Below, one piece after another: positions 19,201-26,934 of a stretch of 62,626 bases of DNA. The stretch is from a virus: the IMG/VR virus record IMGVR_UViG_3300045988_164134; one strand, written 5' to 3'. A program made the translations under genes and the position numbers. The notes below the pieces were generated by a model. It had not been told where the DNA came from, did not search any database, and saw nothing but the letters and a program-made list of their open reading frames with translations. How positions within the stretch are numbered: position 1 is the stretch's first letter; each line of letters opens with the position of its first letter.

Positions 19201-22200
19201 GCATTCCGGCCATAGATAGGGCTCCTTCTACCTCAATTATATCTCAAAAGGCAGAAAAAGGGAATAATGTAGACGAGTTGCGCAATCAATTAAGTGGTGG
19301 CGGTAAACAAGCTTATGATTATGCTATTGACAAATTGTCGAAGGGGAATGAGAAGGTAGCACAATCTGCTAAAGAAAGTGCCTTTATCTATGCACGCATG
19401 GCGGAACGCTGGTCTGAAATCATGCATGAGTACGGTAATAAAACATATTCTCCGGAAGATTACACAAAATCACATCCTATTGTCATAAGCAAACAAACCG
19501 GCGACGCCCAACTGGAACAGGTATTTGAGCAACGGGCATGGCATGGAAGCGGTATAGATTTTGATAATTTTGATTTAGGGAAAATCGGCAGTGGCACCGG
19601 AGCGAGTATGCACGGCTGGGGGATTTATGCCGCAAAAAGCAAGCGGACTGCACAAAAATATAAGAAGGAAATGAAAGACCGTGGCCTTCCGTCTGTCTTA
19701 TATGAAATCGATGTTCCGGCCAACAAAGAATTGCTAGATGAAGATAAGCGCTACAAAGACCAGATGAAAGGCGTTCAAACTAAGATTCTCAAGGCAGTGC
19801 AATCCTTGTCCGTGGAACAGAAACAAGCCTTCTGGACAAAATGGTTGCGCCAAGCTATGGGTAGTACTAAAGATGAAATCCAAGCAGAAACAGCCTTGCG
19901 GAAAGTGGAATTAAACATAAAGCATTGCCACGACGCTAGTCTGGGATGGGAAGGGCTTCCGGCGTTTAGAAAGCGGATTGCCTTAGACAGTCTAAAAAAA
20001 CAAGGCTACACCGACGAACAGATAAACGATACTTCCTACATGAAATCAGAAAGTAAAAGGTGGGAAAAAGAACTTCCAGAAGCAAAGCAACAGGCCAAAG
20101 AGTCTAAAGGGGCTGGCGATAAGAAACGGAATCAGTTAATAGAAGCGGCTATGGAAAACCCGGAAGTCACATTGGAAAAAGGCATTGGGACAGGTAAAGA
20201 AATCTATAATTATTTGACTGATGCATTATCAGATGGGAAAGACATAGAAAAAACGTCGAAATATTTAAATGAACAAGGAATTCACGGTATTACCTATGAT
20301 GATGCTTACGATGGCCGATGCTATGTCGTATTTGATGACAAAGCCATTCAGATCATTAACAAATATAATCAAGATGTTCATAATGCCAAAGCTGCCTATG
20401 ACGCAAGTACCGGAGCTATCAGACTGTTTGATATTGCGGACCAGTCGTCTTTTATTCATGAATCTGCTCATATGTTCCTGTCTGACATGGAAAGACTAGC
20501 GCGAAAAAAAGGTGCTCCTGCCGGATTGGTTAGCGACTTACAAACCGTCAAGGACTGGGCCGGATACAAGCCGGGACAGATGAATGGATACAAAGATACG
20601 GCCCTTGAAAAAGAATTCCAGGAATATGCCGACGCTATACGGGAAGCAAAGAAAACTGGCGATGTCGTAGCAATTAAATCGGCGGAAGCACGCTGGATAC
20701 ACGAACGGTTTGCCAGAGGGTTTGAACGCTATATTGCTGAGGGTAAAGCCCCCAATGAATCGCTGAAAAACGTGTTTGAAAAGTTCAAAGAGTGGATGGT
20801 TAGTATCTATCATGATTTGAAGAATTTAGGAAAGAAACCGCCTAAAGAAATTCAAGATGTCATGGCACGAATGATTACACCGGAAGTAAATACTAAATAT
20901 TCAGTGCGAGAAGCAAATGGCCAGTTAACCCGCCCCAAGGAAGACTTGAAAGCGGAAATCAAAGAAGCGTTCCCGAACGCCAAGGAAATCAAGGACGAAG
21001 GCGACCGCATGACCTTCACCATGCCGAACGGTTCCCATATCATCGTCGACGTGAAGAATGAAATCCTCTTGACGGACGAAGAACTGGCGCAGGCGAAGAA
21101 AGACCACCATATCGACGATAACGGCAACGTCGTCGTCGAAGGCTACGCACAGCTCCATGGTAAAGACGCTTATATGGCCCTCTCGCAGGGTAGCCGTGAA
21201 AACACGGGATTCCATGAAGCCTACCACCTCGCAGAAGGCGCCGTCTTGACGGACCGTGAAAAGGCCGCTATTAAGAAGGCTATCCCGGACGCCGAAAAGC
21301 GCGCCGACAAGTACGCTGAATGGGTAGAAGCTCGTAAGCACGGCCGCGGCACGCTGTTTGGTAAGTTGTTCCGTAAGATACAAGATTTTGCAAAGAAAAT
21401 GCAGTCTATTCTTACACGCACCGAAAACGTACATAATGTATTCCGCAAGATTGAAAGTGGTGAAGTATGGAACCGTGAAGCAAGTAATTCTCGTAAAAAC
21501 AGTGCTAGTATTACTAATTCCCATCTTGTTGGGCAAGACCGTATTAAGGTTATTGATGTGTCGAATGAACGAAAGGTTAATATTAACAATAATAAAGAAA
21601 AAGTAAAAATCGCAAAATCGTTAATTGGAAAATCATTTCAAATTTTTAAAAATAGCGGCGTTGGACGTATTGCATCTATTAGCGATGGAAAACATTTTGT
21701 TAATTCATCAAATAATCCCAAACGCAATAATATAACCCGCAGAAAATCGCTGTCAGTTGCTGAAAAAATATTAAGTAATGTTGTTTACGTAGAGAAACAT
21801 CCGGACGTAAAACACGGAAGTTCTCAAGATTATATCGAACTTTTCACTGCTGTTAAAGATAGAAATCAGTTAGTTAGATTTAGAATTATTGCAAAAGAAG
21901 GGAATAATAATTCGGGGAGATATGTTATAAGTGATGCTAAATTTTATGACATAATAAAAGAAGGAACCGTACCCACCAGTACGTCAAATGACGCACAGAG
22001 GATGGCAAGCCATAAAGGCTTGTCTGTTGTTAAACAACAGAATACGATTCCTAATAGTGTTAGCATATCAGAATTATTGGCTGGCGTCAATGACAGGAAA
22101 GGAAAACCTTATGTTAATCCTGATGGTACCTTGAATTATGAGTTTGGAGTCTTGAAATCATTGCCAATGGGTAAAGCAAGTTTACGTGAAGAAAAAACGC

Positions 22201-25200
22201 CGCTTAATCCTAAAGAAAGAGAACAAGAACAGCGCAAGGAAGATATACTGAAAGCTATAAATGAAATAGTCCCCGTATACACCAAATCGGACGTAAAGAA
22301 AAATGCCGTAACTGAAACGTACTATGATAGACGGCAAAAAGCGGGCTTTGTAAAGACCCCTACAATCCGTGAATACGGAAGAATTTTAGCACTCAACCTT
22401 GACCAACAGTTGAAACTCAAGAACAACATGGAACTCACTACAAACGTTAAGCAGGAACTGGAAAAGAACCAATCTTATGCGGCGTTGATGGGCGATAAAA
22501 TTAAAGATATGACACCTGCACAGGCACGTGCAGAGGGCGTATCTATCTTTGGCTCGCTGTATTTTAATGGTAACGAAGAAGCCGCCGCCGCACGCTTCCC
22601 TAAATACTATGAAGCCTTTAAAAATGATTTGAAAGAAAATAAAGAACTGAACGATAAAGTAAATCACATTACCGAAATGATTAGTGATTACAAAGCGCAG
22701 AATCCAGTGCTTAGAGCTAACAGCGGTATGCAAATGCACGATGAAAGTCAAAAGAAAACGACTAAAGGAAAGATAAACGCTATTCTTGATAATGTGTATG
22801 CCGAAATGGTTGATGAACTAGACCCATTGACAAAGATAACCAAACTGGCAGAAAAAGAAGCGCAACAAAAGCTGTTATACAAATATGATGTACATAAACA
22901 GGCACTTATGGCGCAAGGGAACGCACAGTCTAAAGCAAATCTTCTCTTAAATAGTGGCAAAGATAAAGAAGAAGCAATAAACGCATTGAATGATAAAGAT
23001 ATGTTTAACGGTGCCATTCAGTATAAAGTCAATATGAATGATATTATGGATGCTATTAAAAACGTACCGCAGGAAGAACTTGAAAAAATCGGCGTAGACG
23101 ATGCACGACAGGGACTAGCAAAATACTTAATCGCTATGCGTACAAAAGAATTAAGTAATGCTCTTGACAACGATTATGTACGTCCTGACGGATTCGACGA
23201 AGAAGCATGTTACAATATTATTAAAAATGCACCAGAAAGCATAAAAACAGCCGCTAAAATGGTATGGGACTTTAATAAAAACATGATAAACATCATGCAA
23301 CAGCAGGGGCTTATTAATAAAAAAGCTGCCGATACCATGAGAAAATATACCTACTATGTGCCGATGTATCACGACATGAGCGACATGCAGGATATTGATG
23401 ATTTTATCGGTGCAGTAGGAAAAGGTGGCAGAGGATTCGTAGACATAAAGCCCAATATCTATGAAATCAAAGGTGGCAATGAACGTGCTATTATTGACCC
23501 AATCGAAAGCATGGTACGCATGACAGTAACGCTTCTTAACAAGTGCCAACGAAACAGGGTAGGGCAAACATTAGCACGCATTAACCAAGACTTTGAAGGA
23601 ATGGGCAGCATTATAGCCAAAGACCCCACCTTGAAACACGAAGACCCTAAAAAATGTGCATTTTCCGTATATATAGGCGGTAAAAAGGTAATATATCGTA
23701 CAACACCGGAAGTATATTCTATATTAACCGATGTTGATGAAAACGGGGCAAGTGTTCTTGAATCAATTTTAAAACCGTTTGCGTCGGCATTACGGCGTGG
23801 TGCCACTATTTCTCCACCGTTTATTGTTCGAAACTTTACTCGTGACACAGTAACCGCAGGCATTACAAGCCAAACGGGATTTATACCGTTTGTCGATAGT
23901 TTTAGAGGGATGTACAAACTTACAACCGATAAGCAGTTTAAAATGGATTACCTTGCAAGTGGTGCGTCCATGGGTACATTTATTCGTTCTGATGTACATG
24001 GCGCAAAAGATCTGTTAAGCGAAATAACCGGGGATAAATACAGCTCGTGGCCAAAAGGATTAAAGCAAATAGCTCAATTTATATCGGCAGTGTGGAACCA
24101 TTACGATAAGTTCGCTAATCTCGTTGAAGACGGTACTCGTGCAGGTGAATTTATGCGTGCAAGAAAGAAAGGTATTAGTCTTGAAGAAGCTGGGTATCTT
24201 GCGAAAGAAGTAACGCTGAACTTTGGTAGACATGGGAAAGCAGGAAAGCACATAAACCGTGCTGTACCGTTCTTTAACGCCACAATTCAAGGCACGGATA
24301 AGTTTATACGTGCATTCAAGAAAAACCCTGCTAGAGCGTCTTTTATGACCGCAGTAACCATTATTTTACCGTCAATAATGGCGTGGGCATTAGCAAATGG
24401 CAGTGACGACGATTGGTATCAAGATCTTGATGCAAATACGAAATATACTAACTGGTGCTTTAAAATTGGTGATGCCCATATTCTAATACCAAAACCGCAG
24501 GAAGCAGGTATATTGTTTGGCAGCGGGGTAGAAGCTGTACTCAATCAAATGATGGGGAATGACCCGCAGGCAATGAAACAATGGGCAAGACAATATGTAG
24601 AAGCATTGCTTCCTAACATGTTCCCTACAATGATTGCACCTATAGTAGAATGGCAGACAAATTATAGTTTTTGGAAGGGAAGAGCCTTAGTAGGTAAAAG
24701 CTTACAGAATTTACCATCAGAATATCAGTACAATACATATACGAGTGAAATAGCAAAGGCACTGGGCGGTACTTGGCTTGCCAAATCATTAGATATATCG
24801 CCTATTGCAATTGATAATGCAATAAGCGGATATTTTGGTAGTGCAGGTCGGTTTATAGCCAACATGCTCAATTCGCCAGTTGACTATTTAAGAGATTCCA
24901 GCAGACCTGTTGAACCAGCTAAATACTGGTATGAAATGCCATTTGTCGGCTCGTTTGTCCGTAAGAATCATGAAAATTCTGAATATCAAAACAGATTCTA
25001 TGATTTAGTAAGCGATATGACAGATGATTATAACCGCATGAAACATGATAATCCAAAAGCAAAACCGCCCAAAGGGTATAAAGAAATGAAAACCGCCAAG
25101 AAAACAGTTAGCAAGTTAAACAAAGAAATACAAGGGATTAAATCGGACACCAAAATGGGGCCGGAACAAAAATTGCAGCAGATAGAATTACGGCAGAATA

Positions 25201-25247
25201 AAATACGTCATTTCACAAAGAAATTCGTTACACAGTACGGCAGATAA
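13281..25247 (+). CDS. Giant polyvalent protein (3,988 aa)
   Basis: SD AGGAGG and a single uninterrupted ORF. Domains recognised by motif: SLT lytic transglycosylase, M15-type zinc peptidase, ParB-like, two PBECR/LPD3-like modules, an ART-like domain, two HExxH modules and a C-terminal region with a hydrophobic segment. Confidence 0.85.
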   Translation: MALNYLDKAAWDAGVYKDKGNDDDTQQDTSSEDSGYSASGILSAAKNFLKHPFQGMGTVIAPNYTPRPLDDSVYSDIPGTPVASGQFGELEDESVRDERMKDSADYMAANWPRLYGGFVAADEGLANVVGGIQNAVGGGNGILNNVQRAEEGMQDYREQWNNEYGDSYFLNPNKFATDVGSGIGSTVPIMALSALMPGAAVAGGTRALTSALSRAGLGRLAMSKAGQALIADTVRSIPTSNLADSLSEYGTVVNDMMQNGMSEDEARRRAIPMFFKNMALDTFTVPLELGVMKGGKGIATGLLGRSAGEGMAKSIAKGAARTGMLAGASGLTEGYQEGAQNALENDVESNRDGGWYNPFTWTKEDWEAARGGFVGGALMGVPGNVAAGFHPEARQAPLSAESQEQAQSIKDTLSHGKPKGMSNAAYNAYIELANSGNPDLIKQAASSLESFQQSQEGSQESTDDAATEAYKDYETYDQKQEIENFLNNNTVEQIGGEKNFNWLMGVLRNGTPEEVQHAYDTVIAAEKATAEQEAKNRPASGGGSMSPNTGNAMVNIVIQAANDSGVEPRLGLAIAARESGGDDVNAISMPEPHDGIYGIMQAQEETVSNMGLDSQYPDWKTDPYQNAMVGMAILKAKIDGENGDVWAGVRDYNGAGEEAEQYRQLVKNNYDNMGDVGGGGSGNVEAPSEAFYDLSEAMNPQVDGMDPNTMAKMNLLARDFYQKYGHRLLVTSLKRNGDGSSYHDEGHAFDFSDDFLEQNPDARDWLVQQGEKYGLKGLDEFSHPVATTDGGNVHFTDHGGPVPGGASGGVSSKVAGDNGPFERELDQAAQEAKSDMDKIQAQSDQAMNEIMNDDSAEKTAQDAQQDAENAQKQADIGNNQTETTQTQGDNTTDVNQVLGALGITQDDLARAAAQNIIGKLDDNIDPNDPKSIDKAIRQAISAMTPDEVRGIVNQAKGQQKAPSATPVPKAQQQTPHARLGRILSTYDRKDPKFKEYMNTFRNGTEQEQKKLADDLQTTQELERANSLKGNPLTTQQDQNAPQNAPQQAVESPKQPEQVNAPVQVKESLETQKKRKIYLAKKQKLMERVPAGKTVKVHASTNDAGFDATYKIVPAGDITASHDMNYAVNDLYPAEYQPRDRNRPQMRGQVEKMTKGMKPELLAESQFVNEGAPVVNNSGVVLNGNGRVMAVQKAYKGLTDAHKKSAKAYKDYLVSIAPSLGIAPEKVQSMDHPVLVRQAADDADTSAIINSTEGGAKLGGAEQAKADADRLKLSTLERFADNGTGEFMNPSNREFRRAAASDVFSDAEGNSVFNDKGDLSPTGAFRIRNAIFAKAYNDNYLLTQLSEATDNNSKNIMNAMIAAAPEVAKVNEGIKNGTLYPDYDISDVITKTAKTIMSLRNEGKPLSFHLQETDLFSQGESEAERLVLEFIERNKFKSRTIADMYKGACDRIFAVGSPKQSKLFDSKEAPRISLENIISNAIQEVEHGQSLFDTTEEKPAEKTVSEVPDNRQAEPAGSGRVHQQEAGRVQSQEKEGNEVDEKSKQSDHVDAEPQQTESKDKESTHAEEGSQGDVQEEVSKFHNVLDDEKSTPKQIIDAYKSVVDKVIANANGSRKNAKIGDKIVTDEYQSLTNSKHWGAFMNEDGGRNWHEVATINADAHKTLRAIIKTAGKETAPKAEQSKETKPAEQPKEKAGFTDDEIKTLTDRGFNRWTKKLSNGKVMDRLYIKPEYLGLELTRYKSGNISSAKFNGETISNSEARRIEGTKCYVDVATKEVVCDRDDLKQAAQEVVDDALSKEKSQVFAQTETKKAAPKDDVVVTGDEFGEYKDLKELRDKAKAYYKKHLQGTYVQNPILGTIQLESNRVDFTRSGMGKMVATSAKEHKLLLVAHLKELIENADSVTTNGNVKNKRNASSYSYLHSTAIIEGKKQNVIITIFTDVNGNKYYNHTLPDEEGTNKKEALSVPPAQATKNSNGIPAIDRAPSTSIISQKAEKGNNVDELRNQLSGGGKQAYDYAIDKLSKGNEKVAQSAKESAFIYARMAERWSEIMHEYGNKTYSPEDYTKSHPIVISKQTGDAQLEQVFEQRAWHGSGIDFDNFDLGKIGSGTGASMHGWGIYAAKSKRTAQKYKKEMKDRGLPSVLYEIDVPANKELLDEDKRYKDQMKGVQTKILKAVQSLSVEQKQAFWTKWLRQAMGSTKDEIQAETALRKVELNIKHCHDASLGWEGLPAFRKRIALDSLKKQGYTDEQINDTSYMKSESKRWEKELPEAKQQAKESKGAGDKKRNQLIEAAMENPEVTLEKGIGTGKEIYNYLTDALSDGKDIEKTSKYLNEQGIHGITYDDAYDGRCYVVFDDKAIQIINKYNQDVHNAKAAYDASTGAIRLFDIADQSSFIHESAHMFLSDMERLARKKGAPAGLVSDLQTVKDWAGYKPGQMNGYKDTALEKEFQEYADAIREAKKTGDVVAIKSAEARWIHERFARGFERYIAEGKAPNESLKNVFEKFKEWMVSIYHDLKNLGKKPPKEIQDVMARMITPEVNTKYSVREANGQLTRPKEDLKAEIKEAFPNAKEIKDEGDRMTFTMPNGSHIIVDVKNEILLTDEELAQAKKDHHIDDNGNVVVEGYAQLHGKDAYMALSQGSRENTGFHEAYHLAEGAVLTDREKAAIKKAIPDAEKRADKYAEWVEARKHGRGTLFGKLFRKIQDFAKKMQSILTRTENVHNVFRKIESGEVWNREASNSRKNSASITNSHLVGQDRIKVIDVSNERKVNINNNKEKVKIAKSLIGKSFQIFKNSGVGRIASISDGKHFVNSSNNPKRNNITRRKSLSVAEKILSNVVYVEKHPDVKHGSSQDYIELFTAVKDRNQLVRFRIIAKEGNNNSGRYVISDAKFYDIIKEGTVPTSTSNDAQRMASHKGLSVVKQQNTIPNSVSISELLAGVNDRKGKPYVNPDGTLNYEFGVLKSLPMGKASLREEKTPLNPKEREQEQRKEDILKAINEIVPVYTKSDVKKNAVTETYYDRRQKAGFVKTPTIREYGRILALNLDQQLKLKNNMELTTNVKQELEKNQSYAALMGDKIKDMTPAQARAEGVSIFGSLYFNGNEEAAAARFPKYYEAFKNDLKENKELNDKVNHITEMISDYKAQNPVLRANSGMQMHDESQKKTTKGKINAILDNVYAEMVDELDPLTKITKLAEKEAQQKLLYKYDVHKQALMAQGNAQSKANLLLNSGKDKEEAINALNDKDMFNGAIQYKVNMNDIMDAIKNVPQEELEKIGVDDARQGLAKYLIAMRTKELSNALDNDYVRPDGFDEEACYNIIKNAPESIKTAAKMVWDFNKNMINIMQQQGLINKKAADTMRKYTYYVPMYHDMSDMQDIDDFIGAVGKGGRGFVDIKPNIYEIKGGNERAIIDPIESMVRMTVTLLNKCQRNRVGQTLARINQDFEGMGSIIAKDPTLKHEDPKKCAFSVYIGGKKVIYRTTPEVYSILTDVDENGASVLESILKPFASALRRGATISPPFIVRNFTRDTVTAGITSQTGFIPFVDSFRGMYKLTTDKQFKMDYLASGASMGTFIRSDVHGAKDLLSEITGDKYSSWPKGLKQIAQFISAVWNHYDKFANLVEDGTRAGEFMRARKKGISLEEAGYLAKEVTLNFGRHGKAGKHINRAVPFFNATIQGTDKFIRAFKKNPARASFMTAVTIILPSIMAWALANGSDDDWYQDLDANTKYTNWCFKIGDAHILIPKPQEAGILFGSGVEAVLNQMMGNDPQAMKQWARQYVEALLPNMFPTMIAPIVEWQTNYSFWKGRALVGKSLQNLPSEYQYNTYTSEIAKALGGTWLAKSLDISPIAIDNAISGYFGSAGRFIANMLNSPVDYLRDSSRPVEPAKYWYEMPFVGSFVRKNHENSEYQNRFYDLVSDMTDDYNRMKHDNPKAKPPKGYKEMKTAKKTVSKLNKEIQGIKSDTKMGPEQKLQQIELRQNKIRHFTKKFVTQYGR
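14938..15245 (+). other. Domain: SLT-type lytic transglycosylase
   Basis: GLAIAARESGGDDVNAI...GIYGIMQA...YQNAMVGMAILKAK (catalytic Glu-Ser context). Confidence 0.75.
15408..15680 (+). other. Domain: M15 / VanY / Hedgehog-N-like zinc peptidase
   Basis: LLVTSLKRNGDGSSYHDEGHAFDF ... GGNVHFTDHG (H-x-D...H metal ligand pattern). Confidence 0.65.
16555..16870 (+). other. Domain: ParB-fold (DdrB-ParB type of polyvalent proteins)
   Basis: YKIVPAGDITASHD...YQPRDRNR...GAPVVNNSGVVLNGNGRVMAVQKAY. Confidence 0.55.
18745..19135 (+). other. Domain: PBECR/LPD3-like module 1
   Basis: GEYKDLKELRDKAKAYYKKHLQG..VDFTRSGMGKMV...YSYLHSTAIIEGKKQNVIITIFTDVNGNKYYNH. Assignment is from memory of polyvalent-protein domains. 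Confidence 0.4.
19530..20370 (+). other. Domain: ART-like (ADP-ribosyltransferase of polyvalent proteins)
   Basis: RAWHGSGIDFDNFDLGKIGSG..GWGIYAAKSKRTAQKY...LYEIDVP...GIHGITYDDAYDGRCYVVFDDKAIQI. Confidence 0.55.
20400..21350 (+). other. Two HExxH metallopeptidase-like modules
   Basis: SFIHESAHMFLSDME (20458-20472) and TGFHEAYHLAEG (21211-21228). Confidence 0.5.
21540..21965 (+). other. Domain: PBECR/LPD3-like module 2
   Basis: Same layout as module 1: IGKSFQIFKNSGVGRIASISDGKHFVNS...YIELFTAVKDRNQLVRFRIIAKEGNNNSGRYVISDAKFYD. Confidence 0.4.
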
Positions 25248-25328
25248 GGAGAGATAACATGAAAACCTACCTGGCTAGAGCACCTTGCAACGGTGCTTTT
25301 CTACACAAATACTATAAGGTGGTGAACC

Positions 25329-25673
25329 ATGGATATAGAAACAGAATTTATAAAAATGATTATAGGCACGTTAATCCCGGCAGTAGTCGGCTATATAATT
25401 GCGTGGTTTAGATTACGAAGAAGTGCAGCATTGCGGGCTGAAAGAGAATATAAGGCGATAAAAGACGGCATGCAAGCCATATTGCGTGACCGTCTTATTT
25501 ATTACCATGGGCATTATATGGAAAAGGGATGTGCGCCAATATACGCACGAGAAAATTTCCTGCACATGTACCAAAGCTATAAAGAGTTAGGCGGCAATGG
25601 TATTATTGAAAACATTTATTCACAGTTCATGGCACTACCGACGGAGGAACAGTATGAAGAACGTACTAACTAA
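25329..25673 (+). CDS. Membrane-anchored protein at the head of the lysis cassette
   Basis: SD AAGGTGGTGA. One N-terminal TM segment (MIIGTLIPAVVGYIIAWF) and a soluble tail with an LGGNG motif. Confidence 0.6.
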   Translation: MDIETEFIKMIIGTLIPAVVGYIIAWFRLRRSAALRAEREYKAIKDGMQAILRDRLIYYHGHYMEKGCAPIYARENFLHMYQSYKELGGNGIIENIYSQFMALPTEEQYEERTN

Positions 25674-25962
25674 GATAAAAAGCAATATCGGTATAATTTG
25701 TATCGGGTTTGGATTATTCGCCGCCCTAGTTGTCCTGCTATCGTGGCTTATCGGATACTGGCTCAACGGCTTGTACGGCATGAAGTTTGATATAAACAGT
25801 TGCTGGCAGGGAATTAGCGCATGCGGCATGGGGCTTGTAGGGCTGATGAAATGGCTCGTTGACAGCACGAAAAACAGTCCAGCAGGCATGCCACCTAACT
25901 TTATAAAGAAAAATACATGCACTTGTTGTGATGCGAAAGGAGAAAAGCATGAAAGTAATTGA
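25654..25962 (+). CDS. Putative holin (two TM segments)
   Basis: SD GGAGGA precedes ATG 25654. TM1 is IGIICIGFGLFAALVVLLSWLIGYWL, TM2 is GISACGMGLVGLMKWLV, and the C-terminus is charged. The gene overlaps the endolysin start. Confidence 0.55.
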   Translation: MKNVLTKIKSNIGIICIGFGLFAALVVLLSWLIGYWLNGLYGMKFDINSCWQGISACGMGLVGLMKWLVDSTKNSPAGMPPNFIKKNTCTCCDAKGEKHESN

Positions 25963-26524
25963 CATATCATATTGGCAGTTAGGTATTGACTGGGACGAAG
26001 TAGTTGCAAGCGGTGTAGAAGGGGTAATTATTAAAATCACGGAAGGACAGAGCATAGAAGATTCCTTCTATGAACACGTGAATAATGCTAAAGAACACGG
26101 CTTGAAATGGGGCGTATATGCATTTTCCCATGCAAGTACACCAGAAGAAGCACGCATGGAAGGAAACGAAGTCGTTTACCTGTTAAATAAATTCGGTGAA
26201 AAACCGCCGCTTGGTGTATGGTTTGATTTTGAATCAAAAGAAAATTTAAATTGCTCAGACCCGACAGCAGTATGTAGTGCGTTCATATCTTTCTGTAATG
26301 CCAACGGATATGATACCGTGGGTGTATATGCTTCATTATCTACGCTAATTGACGTTGTAAGCGTTTATTCACTTGCAAGCTATGTTCCGTACTGGGTAGC
26401 ACAATACAGCGATACATGCGATTTTAAAGAGTATTACCCTAACGCTAGACTTGCAGGCTGGCAGTACAGTGATCGCCAGTATATAGGCAATACAAACGTT
26501 GATATGAATGAGTGGTATTTATAA
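25949..26524 (+). CDS. Endolysin, GH25 muramidase
   Basis: SD AAAGGAGAA. MKVIDISYWQLGIDWDEVVASGVEGVIIKITEGQS..D..F..NAKEHGLKWGVYAF matches the GH25 N-terminal signature. Confidence 0.85.
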   Translation: MKVIDISYWQLGIDWDEVVASGVEGVIIKITEGQSIEDSFYEHVNNAKEHGLKWGVYAFSHASTPEEARMEGNEVVYLLNKFGEKPPLGVWFDFESKENLNCSDPTAVCSAFISFCNANGYDTVGVYASLSTLIDVVSVYSLASYVPYWVAQYSDTCDFKEYYPNARLAGWQYSDRQYIGNTNVDMNEWYL

Positions 26525-26934
26525 TGGAGATAAAAAAATATGATAAAAAGAAAATTATCAGCTGCATTGTTGGTATGCTGCTTATCATTGCCGTTATTTA
26601 CGGTATCAGCCGATACTACGACAGCAGAACAGCCGCAGACCATCACGATGCAGTACAGTCAGTACAACAGATTGAAAGATATAATCAATCAGCAAGAAAT
26701 GACATTAACAACGCTCGAAGCAAAATTAAAAGTGCTGAATCAATCATCGACAGCGGACAAGCAGACGTTGACACAGCTAAACAACACGTTGGAACATTGC
26801 AACAATCAGCTGATAGCCGCCAAGAACGAATTGACGAATGCCAACAGCTCGTTGACGAAAGCAGAAGAAACATTGACGAAGCAAAACGAATCCTTGCAGA
26901 TATTGAAAACACAGATAAAAGAACTCGAAAATAA
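26524..26934 (+). CDS. Candidate i-spanin-like protein (N-terminal TM + charged coiled coil), in an alternative frame to 26540..27013
   Basis: TAATG overlap with the endolysin stop. Contains IISCIVGMLLIIAVIYGI followed by a charged helical region. Shares about 395 nt with the other frame. Confidence 0.4.
   Translation: MEIKKYDKKKIISCIVGMLLIIAVIYGISRYYDSRTAADHHDAVQSVQQIERYNQSARNDINNARSKIKSAESIIDSGQADVDTAKQHVGTLQQSADSRQERIDECQQLVDESRRNIDEAKRILADIENTDKRTRK

Noticed and set aside
13781-24290. Dozens of 60-213-aa ORFs on the minus strand and in alternative + frames inside the giant gene (for example 16323-16883, 17103-17744, 20925-21536).
   Set aside because: All are nested in a single 11,967-nt ORF with recognisable domains. 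They are concentrated in the GC-rich parts, where stop codons are rare, and none has an SD or a motif.
13281-25247. An N4-like virion RNA polymerase, given the ~4,000-aa size.
   Set aside because: I saw no single-subunit RNAP motifs, whereas SLT, M15, ParB-like, ART-like and HExxH modules typical of polyvalent proteins are visible.
25260-25412. 50-aa ORF with a strong SD (AAGGAGAG) right after the giant gene.
   Set aside because: It runs through a terminator hairpin (AGCACC-N7-GGTGCT-TTTT at about 25277-25301). It overlaps the better-supported 25329 gene in another frame, and its product has no features. It cannot be excluded entirely.
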